Part shown: piece by piece, positions 39,978 to 50,229 of the stretch
Layout of the letters: every line of letters begins with the position of its first letter
Numbering within the stretch: the first letter of the stretch is position 1
From: an uncultured Lachnospiraceae bacterium
Lineage (GTDB): Bacteria; Bacillota; Clostridia; Lachnospirales; Lachnospiraceae
Direction of reading: 5' to 3'
Length of the DNA stretch: 64,000 nt
NCBI GenBank assembly: GCA_951800225.1
Contig: CATOJX010000004.1
Span: 6,578-70,577, forward strand
Notes under the pieces: model-generated
Database searches by the model: none
What the model was told of the DNA's origin: nothing
What the model saw: the letters and a program-made list of their open reading frames with translations, nothing else
Made by a program: the position numbers and the translations under genes

Positions 39978-42542
39978 ATGAAGATATTTGACAAAATATT
40001 CGGAACTCACAGCGAACGGGAACTGAAACTGATCGATCCGACCATAGATAAGATCGAAAAGCTGCGGCCGAGTATCCAGGCTCTAAGCGATGAAGAACTT
40101 AGAGACAAGACAAGGCAGTACAAACAGAGGCTTGCGGATGGAGAGACTCTGGACGATCTGCTGGCGGAAGCTTTTGCCACGGTTCGCGAGGCGGCGAGGC
40201 GTGTGCTTGGTATGGAACATTACAGAGTGCAGCTGATCGGCGGGATGATACTCCATCAGGGCCGTATTGCGGAAATGCGCACCGGTGAAGGAAAGACCCT
40301 TGTATCCACACTTCCTGCGTATCTGAACGCCCTGGAAGGAAAAGGGGTACACATTGTTACGGTCAACGATTATCTGGCCGGACGTGATGCGGACTGGATG
40401 GGAAAGGTGCATGAGTTTCTGGGGCTGACCGTAGGCGTGGTGCTGAACAGTTCAACAAAAGAGGAGCGCCGGGCAGCATACAATTGTGATATTACCTATA
40501 TTACGAATAATGAACTTGGCTTTGACTATCTGCGCGACAATATGGTCATCTACAAAGAGCAGCTTGTCCAGCGGGAACTTCATTATGCCATCATTGACGA
40601 GATTGACTCGATTCTTATCGACGAAGCCCGCACGCCTCTGATTATCTCCGGGCAAAGCGGCAAATCCACGAAGCTGTACGAGCTGTGTGATTATGTGGCT
40701 CACACGCTGAAAAGAGGCGAGGCCAGCAAGGAATTTTCCAAGATGGATGCCATCATGGGAGAGGAAATCGAGGAGACGGGGGATTTTATTGTCAATGAGA
40801 AGGACAAGATCGTCCATCTGACAGCAGACGGTATTAAGAAAGTAGAACAGTATTTTAAGATCGAGAATCTGGCGGACCCGGAGAATCTGGAGATTCAGCA
40901 TAATATGGAACTGGCGCTTCGGGCCAACAATTTGATGTTCCGCGACCAGGATTATGTGGTAAAGGACGATCAGATCTTTATTGTTGACGAGTTTACCGGA
41001 CGTATCATGCCGGGACGTCGTTATTCAGACGGTTTGCATCAGGCCATCGAGGCGAAAGAGCATGTAAAAGTAAAAAGAGAGAGCAAAACCCTTGCGACTA
41101 TTACATTCCAGAACTTTTTTAATAAATACAAGAAAAAAAGCGGTATGACCGGTACGGCGCTGACGGAGGAAAAGGAGTTCCGCGCCATTTACGGTATGGA
41201 CGTCATCGAGATTCCCACCAACCGTCCCGTGGCCCGTAAGGACCTGCAGGACGCCGTGTACAAGACAAGAAAAGAGAAACTTTTTGCCGTCTGCAATGCC
41301 ATTGAAGCGGCTCATGCGAAAGGGCAGCCGGTTCTTGTGGGTACAATCACTATTGAGGCCTCGGAAGAGTTAAGCCGTTTACTTACCAAACGAGGCATCA
41401 AACATGAAGTGCTCAACGCTAAGTTTCATGAACGCGAGGCCGAGATTGTAGCATTAGCCGGGCAGCATGGGGCGGTTACCATCGCCACCAATATGGCAGG
41501 CCGTGGTACGGATATTCAGCTGGATGATGAGGCAAAGGCGGCGGGCGGCCTTAAAATCATCGGCACGGAGCGCCACGAAGCCAGACGTATCGATAACCAG
41601 TTAAGAGGACGTTCCGGACGTCAGGGCGATCCGGGTGAATCACGTTTTTATATTTCGCTGGAAGATGATTTGATGCGGCTGTTCGGTTCCGAGCGGCTTA
41701 TGGGAATGTTTAACGCCTTGGGCGTTCCGGAGAACGAAGAGATCGAACACAAGATGCTGAGCGATGCCATTGAGAAGGCGCAGATGAAGATCGAGCATAA
41801 CAACTTCGGCATCCGTAAAAATCTGTTGGAATACGATCAGGTCATGAACGAGCAGCGGGAAGTCATTTATGCAGAGCGCAGGAGAGTGTTAGACGGTGAG
41901 AGCATGCGGGATTCTATCTACAAGATGATTTCTGATGTGGTGGAGAATACGGTAGATACCTTTGTGGGAGATGATCAGGAGCCGGATGAATGGGATCTGA
42001 CCGGACTGAATGAATCGTTGACGCCCATTATTCCGGTGGAGCCTGTCAGTGTAGAAAGGCTAAACTGTAAGAATAAGGCGGAGATGAAGCATACTCTTAA
42101 GCAGGAAGCCACCAGGCTCTATGAAGCAAAAGAAGCAGAATTTCCTAATGCGGAACTGATTCGGGAGTTAGAGCGCGTGTTCCTATTGAAAGTCATTGAC
42201 CGTAAATGGATGAACCATATTGATGATATGGAACAACTAAGACAAGGAATCGGCCTGCAGGCTTATGGACAAAGAGATCCGCTGGTGGAATATAAAATGA
42301 GCGGTTATGAAATGTTCGACGCCATGACTTCCGGTATCCAGGAAGATACAGTCCGCCTTTTGATGCATGTAAAGATTGAGGAAAAAGCGGAACGGGAAGA
42401 AGTTGCTAAAGTAACTGGTACGAACAAAGACGATTCCGCAGTGAAAAAGCCCGTGCAGAGGGTGGAGAAAAAGGTATACCCCAACGATCCGTGCCCCTGC
42501 GGAAGCGGCAAAAAATACAAGCAGTGCTGCGGAAGAAAATAA
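39978..42542 (+). CDS. secA: Preprotein translocase ATPase SecA
   Basis: MRTGEGKT Walker A, DEAD-like [11 protein letters not shown] and the C-terminal zinc motif [14 protein letters not shown]. Confidence 0.96.
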   Translation: MKIFDKIFGTHSERELKLIDPTIDKIEKLRPSIQALSDEELRDKTRQYKQRLADGETLDDLLAEAFATVREAARRVLGMEHYRVQLIGGMILHQGRIAEMRTGEGKTLVSTLPAYLNALEGKGVHIVTVNDYLAGRDADWMGKVHEFLGLTVGVVLNSSTKEERRAAYNCDITYITNNELGFDYLRDNMVIYKEQLVQRELHYAIIDEIDSILIDEARTPLIISGQSGKSTKLYELCDYVAHTLKRGEASKEFSKMDAIMGEEIEETGDFIVNEKDKIVHLTADGIKKVEQYFKIENLADPENLEIQHNMELALRANNLMFRDQDYVVKDDQIFIVDEFTGRIMPGRRYSDGLHQAIEAKEHVKVKRESKTLATITFQNFFNKYKKKSGMTGTALTEEKEFRAIYGMDVIEIPTNRPVARKDLQDAVYKTRKEKLFAVCNAIEAAHAKGQPVLVGTITIEASEELSRLLTKRGIKHEVLNAKFHEREAEIVALAGQHGAVTIATNMAGRGTDIQLDDEAKAAGGLKIIGTERHEARRIDNQLRGRSGRQGDPGESRFYISLEDDLMRLFGSERLMGMFNALGVPENEEIEHKMLSDAIEKAQMKIEHNNFGIRKNLLEYDQVMNEQREVIYAERRRVLDGESMRDSIYKMISDVVENTVDTFVGDDQEPDEWDLTGLNESLTPIIPVEPVSVERLNCKNKAEMKHTLKQEATRLYEAKEAEFPNAELIRELERVFLLKVIDRKWMNHIDDMEQLRQGIGLQAYGQRDPLVEYKMSGYEMFDAMTSGIQEDTVRLLMHVKIEEKAEREEVAKVTGTNKDDSAVKKPVQRVEKKVYPNDPCPCGSGKKYKQCCGRK

Positions 42543-42649
42543 AAACCAGCGAAGCCTGGACAACAGGCAGAGCGGATGCGAAGCAGAAGCTCTGGGTAAA
42601 AGCTGTTGGTAGGGCGGAGCGGAACTATAATAAGAAAGAGGGTGAGTTG

Positions 42650-43757
42650 GTGGTAGAACTGGATCAGTTTAAATATACATTGAACAGCTATGCACAACCA
42701 TTTACAGAACTGAGGGATTCACTTTGACCTTGCGGCAAAATCACTTCGGATCGAAGAATTAGAAAAAGAGATGGAAGCTCCTGGTTATTGGGATAATGTG
42801 GAGCGTTCTCAGGCAGGGATGAAGGAACTGAACAGTCTGAAAGAAGAAAAAGAGATATTTGAAAGTCTTAAAAGCCAGTATGAGGATATTGAAACTCTGC
42901 TGGAAATGGGATATGAAGAGAATGATGCGACGCTGATCCCCGAGATACAGGAAGAACTGGATGCGTTTGTCGAGCGCTTTGAATCCATAAGAATAAAAAC
43001 GCTGCTGTCCGGCGAATACGACAGGAATAATGCCATCTTAAAGCTCAACGCAGGAGCCGGTGGTACGGAAAGCTGCGACTGGGCGGGGATGCTTTATCGT
43101 ATGTATACCCGTTGGGCAGAGAGAAAAGGTTTTTCTGTGGAAGTTCTCGATTATCTGGATGGGGATGAGGCAGGCATTAAATCCGTAACCTTCCAGGTCA
43201 ACGGAGAGAACGCTTATGGCTATTTAAAGTCGGAAAAGGGCGTACACCGCCTGGTGCGTATTTCTCCTTTCAACGCCCAAGGAAAGAGACAGACTTCTTT
43301 CGTATCCCTGGATGTAATGCCGGATATTGAAGACGATATTGATATTGAGGTTAATCCTGACGAGCTGCGTGTGGATACTTATCGTTCCAGCGGCGCGGGC
43401 GGACAGCATATCAATAAAACTTCGTCGGCAATCCGGATTACCCATCTGCCCACGGGCATTGTGGTGCAGTGTCAAAACGAGCGTTCTCAGCATCAGAACA
43501 AAGATAAAGCCATGCAGATGTTGAAAGCAAAGCTGTATCTGTTGGAGCAGCAAAAGCAGGCGGAGAAGCTATCAGGAATCCGCGGCGAGGTCAGCGATAT
43601 CGCCTGGGGCAATCAAATACGTTCCTATGTCATGCAGCCGTACACTATGGTAAAAGATCACAGGACAAATGCTGAGGTCAGTAATGTGGACGGAGTGATG
43701 GACGGGAAAATCGACCCGTTTATCAATGCATATCTTAAATGGATCAACCTGACTTAG
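42650..43757 (+). CDS. prfB: Peptide chain release factor 2, expressed via programmed +1 ribosomal frameshift
   Basis: Frame A (about 42647/42650-42727) ends ...LRDSL-TGA at CTT TGA C. Frame +1 continues DLAAKSLRIEELEKEM.... The RF2-specific SPF and universal GGQ motifs are present. The start (TTG 42647 or GTG 42650) follows GAGGG. Confidence 0.93.
42712..42728 (+). promoter_or_regulatory. prfB autoregulatory +1 frameshift site (SD-like GAGGGA + CTT TGA C)
   Basis: The sequence GAGGGATTCACTTTGAC has an internal Shine-Dalgarno-like element 4 nt before the slippery CTT and the in-frame TGA followed by C. Confidence 0.9.
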
Positions 43758-43769
43758 GAGGAATAGACT

Positions 43770-44213
43770 ATGTCAGAGAAGAGCAAGTATTTTGTGCTGA
43801 AACAAAAGGCAGTGCCGGAGGTGCTGCTCAAAGTGGTGGAGGCAAAAAGGCTGCTAGAATCCAAACGGGCCGTGACGGTCCATGAAGCGACAGAAAAAGT
43901 CGGCATCAGCCGAAGTTCTTTTTATAAATACAAAGACGATATCTTCCCTTTTCATGACAATGCCAAAGGAAAGACCATCACCTTTGTACTTCAGATGGAG
44001 GACGAGCCTGGACTTTTGTCCATGGTGTTAAAGATTGTGGCGGAATTTAGCGCCAACATCCTGACCATCCATCAGAGCATTCCGATTAACGGCCTGGCCT
44101 CTCTGACCATGAGCATCGAAGTGCTGCCCACGACGGGGGACGCTTCCGCCATGATCGAAAAGATCGAGGAGCAGTCAGGTGTCCATTATTTAAAAATATT
44201 AGGCAGGGAGTAA
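43770..44213 (+). CDS. UPF0735-family ACT-domain protein (PheB-like)
   Basis: N-terminal HTH-like segment and a C-terminal ACT domain. This is the typical gene preceding hom in Clostridia. Confidence 0.8.
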   Translation: MSEKSKYFVLKQKAVPEVLLKVVEAKRLLESKRAVTVHEATEKVGISRSSFYKYKDDIFPFHDNAKGKTITFVLQMEDEPGLLSMVLKIVAEFSANILTIHQSIPINGLASLTMSIEVLPTTGDASAMIEKIEEQSGVHYLKILGRE

Positions 44214-44218
44214 TACCG

Positions 44219-45415
44219 ATGATAAAAGTAGCGATTATGGGATATGGGACCGTAGGGTCCGGTGTTTATGAAGTCATTAAAACAAATCAGAAAAGTATTG
44301 ATAAAAAGGTAGGGCAGGAGCTTCAGATCAAATATGTGCTGGACCTTAGGGAATTTCCGGGAGATCCTGTCATGGAAGTCCTCACGCATGATTTTGAAGA
44401 TATTATCGGCGATGAAGAAGTTAAGATTGTGGCGGAAGTTATGGGAGGACTGCATCCGGCCTATGAGTTTACGAAACGCTGCCTGGAAGCAGGCAAGAGC
44501 GTATGCACATCCAACAAAGAACTGGTGGCGGAACATGGCGCGGAACTGATTCAGCTTGCCAAAGAACATCAGGTCAATTATCTGTTTGAGGCCAGTGTGG
44601 GCGGCGGCATTCCGATTATCCGTCCGCTTAATTCTTCTTTGACCGCGGATGTGATCCTGGAGATCTCAGGCATATTAAACGGCACTACCAACTATATGCT
44701 GACCAAGATGGACCGGGAAGGGTTAGACTATATGGATGTGCTGAAAGAAGCGCAGCATAAAGGGTATGCGGAGCTGCATCCGGAAGCGGACGTGGAAGGA
44801 TGGGATGCCTGCAGAAAGATCGCGATCCTCACTTCGCTGGCCAGCGGGAATCAGGTGGATTTCGGAGATATTTATACAGAAGGAATTACAAAAGTTACAG
44901 CGGAAGATTTTGCTTATGCAAAGAAAATGAAGCGTTCCATCAAATTGCTGGCGATCAGCCGGAAAGTAGGAGATACTTACTGCGCTATGGTAAGCCCGGC
45001 TCTGATTCCAAGAGAGCACCCGCTTTATGTGGTCAACGATGTTTTTAACGCAGTATTTGTAAAAGGAAATATGCTTGGCAATTCCATGTTCTATGGAAGC
45101 GGCGCAGGCAAGCTGCCCACCGCCAGCGCAGTAGCCGGCGATATGGTGGATGCGGCCAGACATTTAGGAAAGATCATTACTTTGTTCTGGGAGCCGCAGA
45201 AGCTTACGTTGGCGCCTATGGGAGGAATGTCCAAGAGATTTTTTGTGCGTATGGAAGCAGGCGCTTCTCCCGAATCCATCTTCGGCGACGGAGAGCGTAT
45301 TGACGCAGGTATACCAGGGGAGACCGGATTTATCACGCCTGTGATGACGGAAGACGAATATGCCGCCAAAGCGGCAGGCGCGAAGATCATCAGTATGATC
45401 CGGGTGGAAGGATAG
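44219..45415 (+). CDS. hom: Homoserine dehydrogenase
   Basis: NAD-binding GYGTVGSG, catalytic region ...TSNKE...EASVGGGIPI..., and a C-terminal ACT-like domain. Confidence 0.92.
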   Translation: MIKVAIMGYGTVGSGVYEVIKTNQKSIDKKVGQELQIKYVLDLREFPGDPVMEVLTHDFEDIIGDEEVKIVAEVMGGLHPAYEFTKRCLEAGKSVCTSNKELVAEHGAELIQLAKEHQVNYLFEASVGGGIPIIRPLNSSLTADVILEISGILNGTTNYMLTKMDREGLDYMDVLKEAQHKGYAELHPEADVEGWDACRKIAILTSLASGNQVDFGDIYTEGITKVTAEDFAYAKKMKRSIKLLAISRKVGDTYCAMVSPALIPREHPLYVVNDVFNAVFVKGNMLGNSMFYGSGAGKLPTASAVAGDMVDAARHLGKIITLFWEPQKLTLAPMGGMSKRFFVRMEAGASPESIFGDGERIDAGIPGETGFITPVMTEDEYAAKAAGAKIISMIRVEG

Positions 45416-45430
45416 ACGGAGGAACAGAGT

Positions 45431-46036
45431 ATGGATATAGTATGTCTGGATTTAGAAGGAGTGCTTGTACCTGAGATCTGGATTGCTTTTGCGGAGGCGT
45501 CCGGTATTCCGGAATTAAAAAAAACAACCAGAGATGAGCCGGATTATGACAAGCTTATGAATTACAGGCTGCATATATTAAAGGAGCATGGACTTGGTTT
45601 AAGGCAGATTCAGGAAACGATAGAGAAAATCGATCCGCTTCCGGGGGCAAAAGAATTTTTAGATGAGCTGAGATCTTTCACGCAGGTGTTGATCTTAAGC
45701 GATACATTTACAGAGTTTGCGAAGCCTTTAATGAAAAAACTGGGCTGGCCGACCCTTTTTTGCAACAGCCTTACGGTGTCAGAGGCAGGAGAGATCACAG
45801 GATATAAGATGCGAATTGAAAACTCCAAATTAACCACCGTTAAAGCGCTGCAGTCTGCGGGCTTTGACACCATTGCCGCCGGTGACAGCTATAACGACCT
45901 GGGGATGATCCAGGCAGGAAAAGCAGGCTTTTTATTCCGAAGCACAGAACAGATTAAAAAGGATCATCCGGAACTTCCGGCGTATGAGACCTTCGAAGAA
46001 CTGATGGCGGCTATCAAAAAAGTGCTGGGGGAATAA
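45431..46036 (+). CDS. thrH: ThrH-type HAD phosphatase (phosphoserine phosphatase / phosphoserine:homoserine phosphotransferase)
   Basis: The N-terminus CLDLEGVLVPEIWIAFAE is, as I recall it, nearly identical to Pseudomonas aeruginosa ThrH. Also ILSDTF and AAGDSYND (HAD motifs). Confidence 0.82.
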   Translation: MDIVCLDLEGVLVPEIWIAFAEASGIPELKKTTRDEPDYDKLMNYRLHILKEHGLGLRQIQETIEKIDPLPGAKEFLDELRSFTQVLILSDTFTEFAKPLMKKLGWPTLFCNSLTVSEAGEITGYKMRIENSKLTTVKALQSAGFDTIAAGDSYNDLGMIQAGKAGFLFRSTEQIKKDHPELPAYETFEELMAAIKKVLGE

Positions 46037-46046
46037 AGAGAGAAAT

Positions 46047-48188
46047 ATGGATATTATACAAAAACTGACAGAAGAACTTCAGGTGAAAAAATGGCAGACA
46101 GAAGCTGCCGTACAGCTCATCGATGAAGGAAATACGATCCCTTTTATCTCCCGTTACCGTAAAGAGGTAACGGGAGCTTTAAATGATGAACAACTTCGTA
46201 CATTGGATGAAAGGCTTACTTATCTTCGTAACCTGGAGGAGAAAAAGGCGCAGGTGTTATCCAGTATCGAAGAACAGGGGAAACTTACCGAAGAACTGCG
46301 CACACAGATTGAAGAGGCGCAGACGCAGGTTGCAGTGGACGACTTATATCGCCCCTACCGGCCAAAACGCCGTACGCGGGCTACTATGGCAAAGGAGAAA
46401 GGGCTGGAGGGTCTGGCAGACATTCTTCGCCTTCAGATGACAGACCGGTCTATGGAAGAAGAGGCGAAAGCCTATGTGTCCGAAGAAAAGGGTGTTTCCT
46501 CTGTGGAAGAAGCATTGGCAGGCGCTATGGATATCGTTGCGGAGGCCGTTTCTGATGAAGCCGATTACCGTACTTATATCCGTGAGATTACGCTAAGAGA
46601 AGGGATGATCACTTCCGAAGCCAAAGACGAATCGCAGGAATCCGTCTATGAGACGTACTATCATTTCAGTCAGCCTTTGCATAAAATGGCGGGGCACAGA
46701 ACGCTGGCGATGAATCGGGGAGAGGCGGAGAAGATATTGACCGTAAAGATCGAAGCGCCCCAGGATAAGATTTTGCGTTATCTGGAAAAACAGGTGATTG
46801 TAAAAAATAACCCTCATACGTCTGCGTTATTAAAAGAGACGGTTGCAGACAGTTATGCTCGATTGATCGCGCCGTCCATAGAGCGGGAGATACGCAATAT
46901 TCTCACGGAGGAGGCCGAAGAAGGTGCGATCCGTGTATTTGGAAAAAACTTAGAGCAGCTTTTGATGCAGCCGCCCATCGCCGGACAGACCGTTTTGGGA
47001 TGGGACCCGGCATTTCGCACAGGATGCAAGCTGGCGGTGGTAGACCCTACTGGAAAAGTGCTGGATACGGTGGTGATTTATCCCACCGCGCCCCAGAATA
47101 AAATAAAAGAGGCAAAAGCCACTCTGAAAAAACTGATTGAAACCTACAATATCACGCTGATTTCCCTTGGAAACGGAACCGCTTCCAGAGAGTCTGAGCA
47201 GGTCATCGTGGAATTGTTTAAAGAGATCCCTCAGAAAGTGCAGTATGTAATCGTAAGTGAAGCGGGCGCATCCGTATATTCCGCCAGTAAGCTGGCGACG
47301 GAAGAGTTTCCAGAGTTTGACGTGGGTCAAAGAAGCGCGGCATCCATTGCCAGAAGGCTTCAGGATCCGCTGGCGGAACTGGTGAAGATTGATCCTAAAG
47401 CCATCGGCGTAGGGCAGTATCAGCATGATATGAACCAGAAACGCTTAAGCGAGGCATTAGGCGGTGTGGTCGAAGATTCGGTGAACAAGGTCGGCGTGGA
47501 TTTAAACACCGCATCCGCCTCTCTGCTCTCCTATATTTCCGGTATCACAAAGACGCTGGCGAAAAATATTGTAGCCTACCGGGAGGCCAACGGAAGATTC
47601 CAAAACCGCAGGCAGCTTCTGAAAGTGCCTAAATTAGGCCCGAAAGCTTATGAACAGTGCGCCGGGTTCCTGCGCATCACAGGCGGCACAAATCCTCTGG
47701 ACGCTACAAGTGTGCATCCGGAAAGTTACGATGCGGCTTTGAAGCTTTTGGAACGACTGGGATATGCCCCAGAGGATATAAAAGGCGGCCTGAAAGGAAT
47801 CGGGAAAAAAGCCGGTCAGTTAAAAAAGCTGTCGGAAGAGCTGGGGGTCGGGGAACTGACTTTAAAAGATATGATACAAGAGCTGGAAAAGCCGGCCAGA
47901 GACCCCAGAGACGAAATGCCCCGTCCGGTACTTAGAAGCGACGTGCTGGATATCAAAGACCTGACGCCGGGCATGGTACTCAAAGGGACTGTCCGCAATA
48001 TCATAGATTTCGGCGCATTCGTGGATATCGGCGTCCACCAGGACGGCCTTGTCCATATTTCCCAGATGTGCGACCGGTATATCAAGCATCCGCTGGAAGT
48101 GGTGAAAGTCGGCGATGTGGTGGATGTGAAAGTGCTGAGCGTGGACGAAGGGAAGAAACGGATTGCGCTTACGATGAAAGGGGTATAG
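46047..48188 (+). CDS. tex: Tex-family transcription accessory protein with C-terminal S1 domain
   Basis: Tex N-terminal HTH, YqgF-like and HhH regions, and an S1 domain (GTVRNIIDFGAFVDIG). Confidence 0.93.
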   Translation: MDIIQKLTEELQVKKWQTEAAVQLIDEGNTIPFISRYRKEVTGALNDEQLRTLDERLTYLRNLEEKKAQVLSSIEEQGKLTEELRTQIEEAQTQVAVDDLYRPYRPKRRTRATMAKEKGLEGLADILRLQMTDRSMEEEAKAYVSEEKGVSSVEEALAGAMDIVAEAVSDEADYRTYIREITLREGMITSEAKDESQESVYETYYHFSQPLHKMAGHRTLAMNRGEAEKILTVKIEAPQDKILRYLEKQVIVKNNPHTSALLKETVADSYARLIAPSIEREIRNILTEEAEEGAIRVFGKNLEQLLMQPPIAGQTVLGWDPAFRTGCKLAVVDPTGKVLDTVVIYPTAPQNKIKEAKATLKKLIETYNITLISLGNGTASRESEQVIVELFKEIPQKVQYVIVSEAGASVYSASKLATEEFPEFDVGQRSAASIARRLQDPLAELVKIDPKAIGVGQYQHDMNQKRLSEALGGVVEDSVNKVGVDLNTASASLLSYISGITKTLAKNIVAYREANGRFQNRRQLLKVPKLGPKAYEQCAGFLRITGGTNPLDATSVHPESYDAALKLLERLGYAPEDIKGGLKGIGKKAGQLKKLSEELGVGELTLKDMIQELEKPARDPRDEMPRPVLRSDVLDIKDLTPGMVLKGTVRNIIDFGAFVDIGVHQDGLVHISQMCDRYIKHPLEVVKVGDVVDVKVLSVDEGKKRIALTMKGV

Positions 48189-48238
48189 CCTGGGAAGTTA
48201 AAACGGATATCGGATGAGAAATTTGCAGGCATTGATTT

Positions 48239-48283
48239 TGCAGCAAACAGGGGAAAGGATTATCTCATGTTTGCTGCATTTTT
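48239..48283 (+). terminator. Rho-independent terminator after tex; left edge of the accessory island
   Basis: A perfect 11-bp stem TGCAGCAAACA (48239-48249) pairs with TGTTTGCTGCA (48268-48278), followed by TTTTT. Confidence 0.7.
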
Positions 48284-48887
48284 AATGGTTGAAGTATTTT
48301 AACATCTGTACCAGCATATCATTTTCATCGGCGCTTCCCTGCTTGCCCCGTTTATCAAAAGCAAGAAATCCGGCAGCAGAATAGAAATCAAAAAGTTTTG
48401 GCTGGTTATTGCACTCTATGTATACGGTTTTCCCGCCAATCAGATATTCCACATCTAATACACGCTGCAGAGCTATAGAAAGCAGCTCGGACCCGGAAAT
48501 GTCAAGCGGAAGGTTTGGATTGAAGTTCCTGCCAAGCTGTGCGATCAATGGCATGGATACCATAAAACGCTTTAAAGAATTATCATATTGTGAAAACTTT
48601 GCGATTTTTTTCTGCAAGGTTTTACTCAGAAGTGTGCCTGCTACGGATACAAATTTGTTAGCAAGGGTGTAATACCCGACCAAGGCAGCATCGTTTTCAT
48701 TTTCTTTGAAAACAAGGAATGTGATGGCAATCCGCTGCCTAGCAAATTCAATCGCCTTATTCTGAATAAAATCTTCTACATCAAGATTAAGCGGACACAT
48801 AAATGTGGAGAGGACTGCTTTACATGAATCCTCTCCATATATCTTCATCATGTCTAATATATTTATTTGCTTTATGTGCTGCGTCAT
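48282..48887 (-). CDS. GNAT-fold acetyltransferase-like protein (possible TacT/AtaT-like toxin)
   Basis: The GNAT-like core MPLIAQLGRN...GSELLSIALQRV...GGKTVYIECNNQPKLFDFYSAAGFLAF resembles the acetyl-CoA-binding beta4-alpha3 and C-terminal FY..GF motifs. Its ATG overlaps the stop of the upstream small ORF (ATGA). Confidence 0.55.
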   Translation of the reverse strand: MTQHIKQINILDMMKIYGEDSCKAVLSTFMCPLNLDVEDFIQNKAIEFARQRIAITFLVFKENENDAALVGYYTLANKFVSVAGTLLSKTLQKKIAKFSQYDNSLKRFMVSMPLIAQLGRNFNPNLPLDISGSELLSIALQRVLDVEYLIGGKTVYIECNNQPKLFDFYSAAGFLAFDKRGKQGSADENDMLVQMLKYFNH

Positions 48888-49063
48888 TTTGCTAAAGCTC
48901 CTAACAGTTTTTTAATATCCTCGCCCTTTATATCTTCAGATTCAACATGGCGGAGAGGATAATTTCCCGCTGTTTCTGCAGCCCGTTCAAGAGCAGTGAT
49001 GAATGCTTCCGCTTTTTTTGTGTCATCGATAACAATATTGTGAAAAATACTTTCTGTTGCCAT
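48884..49063 (-). CDS. 59-aa small ORF, candidate antitoxin/partner of the GNAT-like protein (not in the supplied ORF track)
   Basis: My translation is MATESIFHNIVIDDTKKAEAFITALERAAETAGNYPLRHVESEDIKGEDIKKLLGALAK. The ATG at 49063 is preceded by AAGGAAGTGAG. Its TGA overlaps the downstream ATG. Confidence 0.55.
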   Translation of the reverse strand: MATESIFHNIVIDDTKKAEAFITALERAAETAGNYPLRHVESEDIKGEDIKKLLGALAK

Positions 49064-49092
49064 ATGCTCACTTCCTTCATACTTTTAGTATT

Positions 49093-49121
49093 ATTATACT
49101 CATATGGCAGAAAAATAGCAA
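49093..49121 (-). promoter_or_regulatory. Near-consensus sigma-A promoter for the small-ORF/GNAT operon
   Basis: On the minus strand: TTGCTA (49121-49116), a 17-nt spacer, then TATAAT (49098-49093). The -10 lies inside a 14-bp near-palindrome AGTATAATAATACT. Confidence 0.6.
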
Positions 49122-49180
49122 TGAAAATGTGTGAATATTTTATTACTTTTAAGTAACTTGTGAGTAAAAAGTTTACATCT

Positions 49181-50040
49181 TTAAGAAGCCAGCGAATCCT
49201 CATAGATTCCTGACTGTTCCTGCACTTCCTGAATTAATCGTGTTATGCGCAATTCCGGGTTTTGCCCCATAAATCGAAAAATATGTTTTCGCAGATACTG
49301 CATCATGGCGCCTTCCGATACCTTCCCTTTTGACGGGGTGCGCTGATAACGAATCTGTTCTGAGCAAAGCTTCCCTTCTATTCGGAGCGACAGACACTGG
49401 ATGGTTCCCATTGCAATGCAGGACAGGGCCATGTGCATCTCTATTGCCCGTACTGCCTGCATGATTTTTCTGTGTGCATGGTTGCTTCCCACCTGCGTCA
49501 GGGGTGACGGCTCTGTTTTTTTCTGGTAATAATCCAGCCGCGGCATGTGCCTTGGTTTCTGATACAGTCCCTGTCCCCACAGGAGATCAATACTGTAATA
49601 ACGCATGTTCTCTTTTTTTCCGTAAAGCAACATCTTTGTTTCCTTGAATTGTTCTTTATGGGACTCGAACAAGTCTTTCAGGTGGATGGCTTTTTTCCGG
49701 CCAGAACTGCCAGCCCGCCGAACATATGGCCGTGAATAAACTGAGGCTTTGCAGAGTTTTCAGATTCCTGGCAGAGCTTTTTCACTCTGGGCATGCGTTT
49801 CCCTTCTTTGGACTGCTTCACACCGTCCCCGACGAGGACATGGAAACAGTCTTCCTGATACAAAGGGAAGAACCGGAGAACTGTCTGAAACCAGCATTGC
49901 CGTATCTTGTCCAGAGACTAGGAGGAGGCACGGAAGAAATGAATCAGGGCCAGATCACGGATCACGGAAGTGACACCGAGTTTAGAGGAATGGAGCATCA
50001 AACCAATGGTAAGAATTGCAAACCAGCGAAATGCAGCCTT
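49181..50040 (-). pseudogene. Decayed transposase gene (at least three fragments; family not assigned)
   Basis: Fragment A is KAAFRWFAILTIGLMLHSSKLGVTSVIRDLALIHFFRASS. An in-frame TAG at 49917-49919 sits where a Trp would fit. Fragment B is SLDKIRQCWFQ...VLVGDGVKQSKEGKRMPRVKKLCQESENSAKPQFIHGHMFGG.... A frameshift near 49675 leads to the 163-aa fragment C. I identified no terminal inverted repeats. Confidence 0.6.
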
Positions 50041-50229
50041 TCACAGGATAACTCTTTCCGGTGGTTTGTGTCTTTCTTAAGTATTGGTAACTTAAAGATA
50101 CCACAAATTGCCATGAAAGGGTTATTCTTTTTTTATAAAACTTTTACTGTCCAGTATGTATAGTAAAATGCTTTACAAATGCTGCGATATAGGGTATGCT
50201 AATGTCATTATAAAGAAAGAGGTGACGTT

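Noticed and set aside
42491-42649. An N-terminal extension of the first prfB ORF that overlaps the secA 3' end.
   Set aside because: The extension ([16 protein letters not shown]...) overlaps the secA coding sequence in another frame. The RF2 homology begins at VELDQF..., directly after a GAGGG RBS.
49726-50163. A 145-aa plus-strand ORF and neighbouring small ORFs (49547-49735, 49749-49973).
   Set aside because: They lie antisense to the decayed transposase fragments, have no RBS or recognisable motifs, and are best explained as shadow ORFs.
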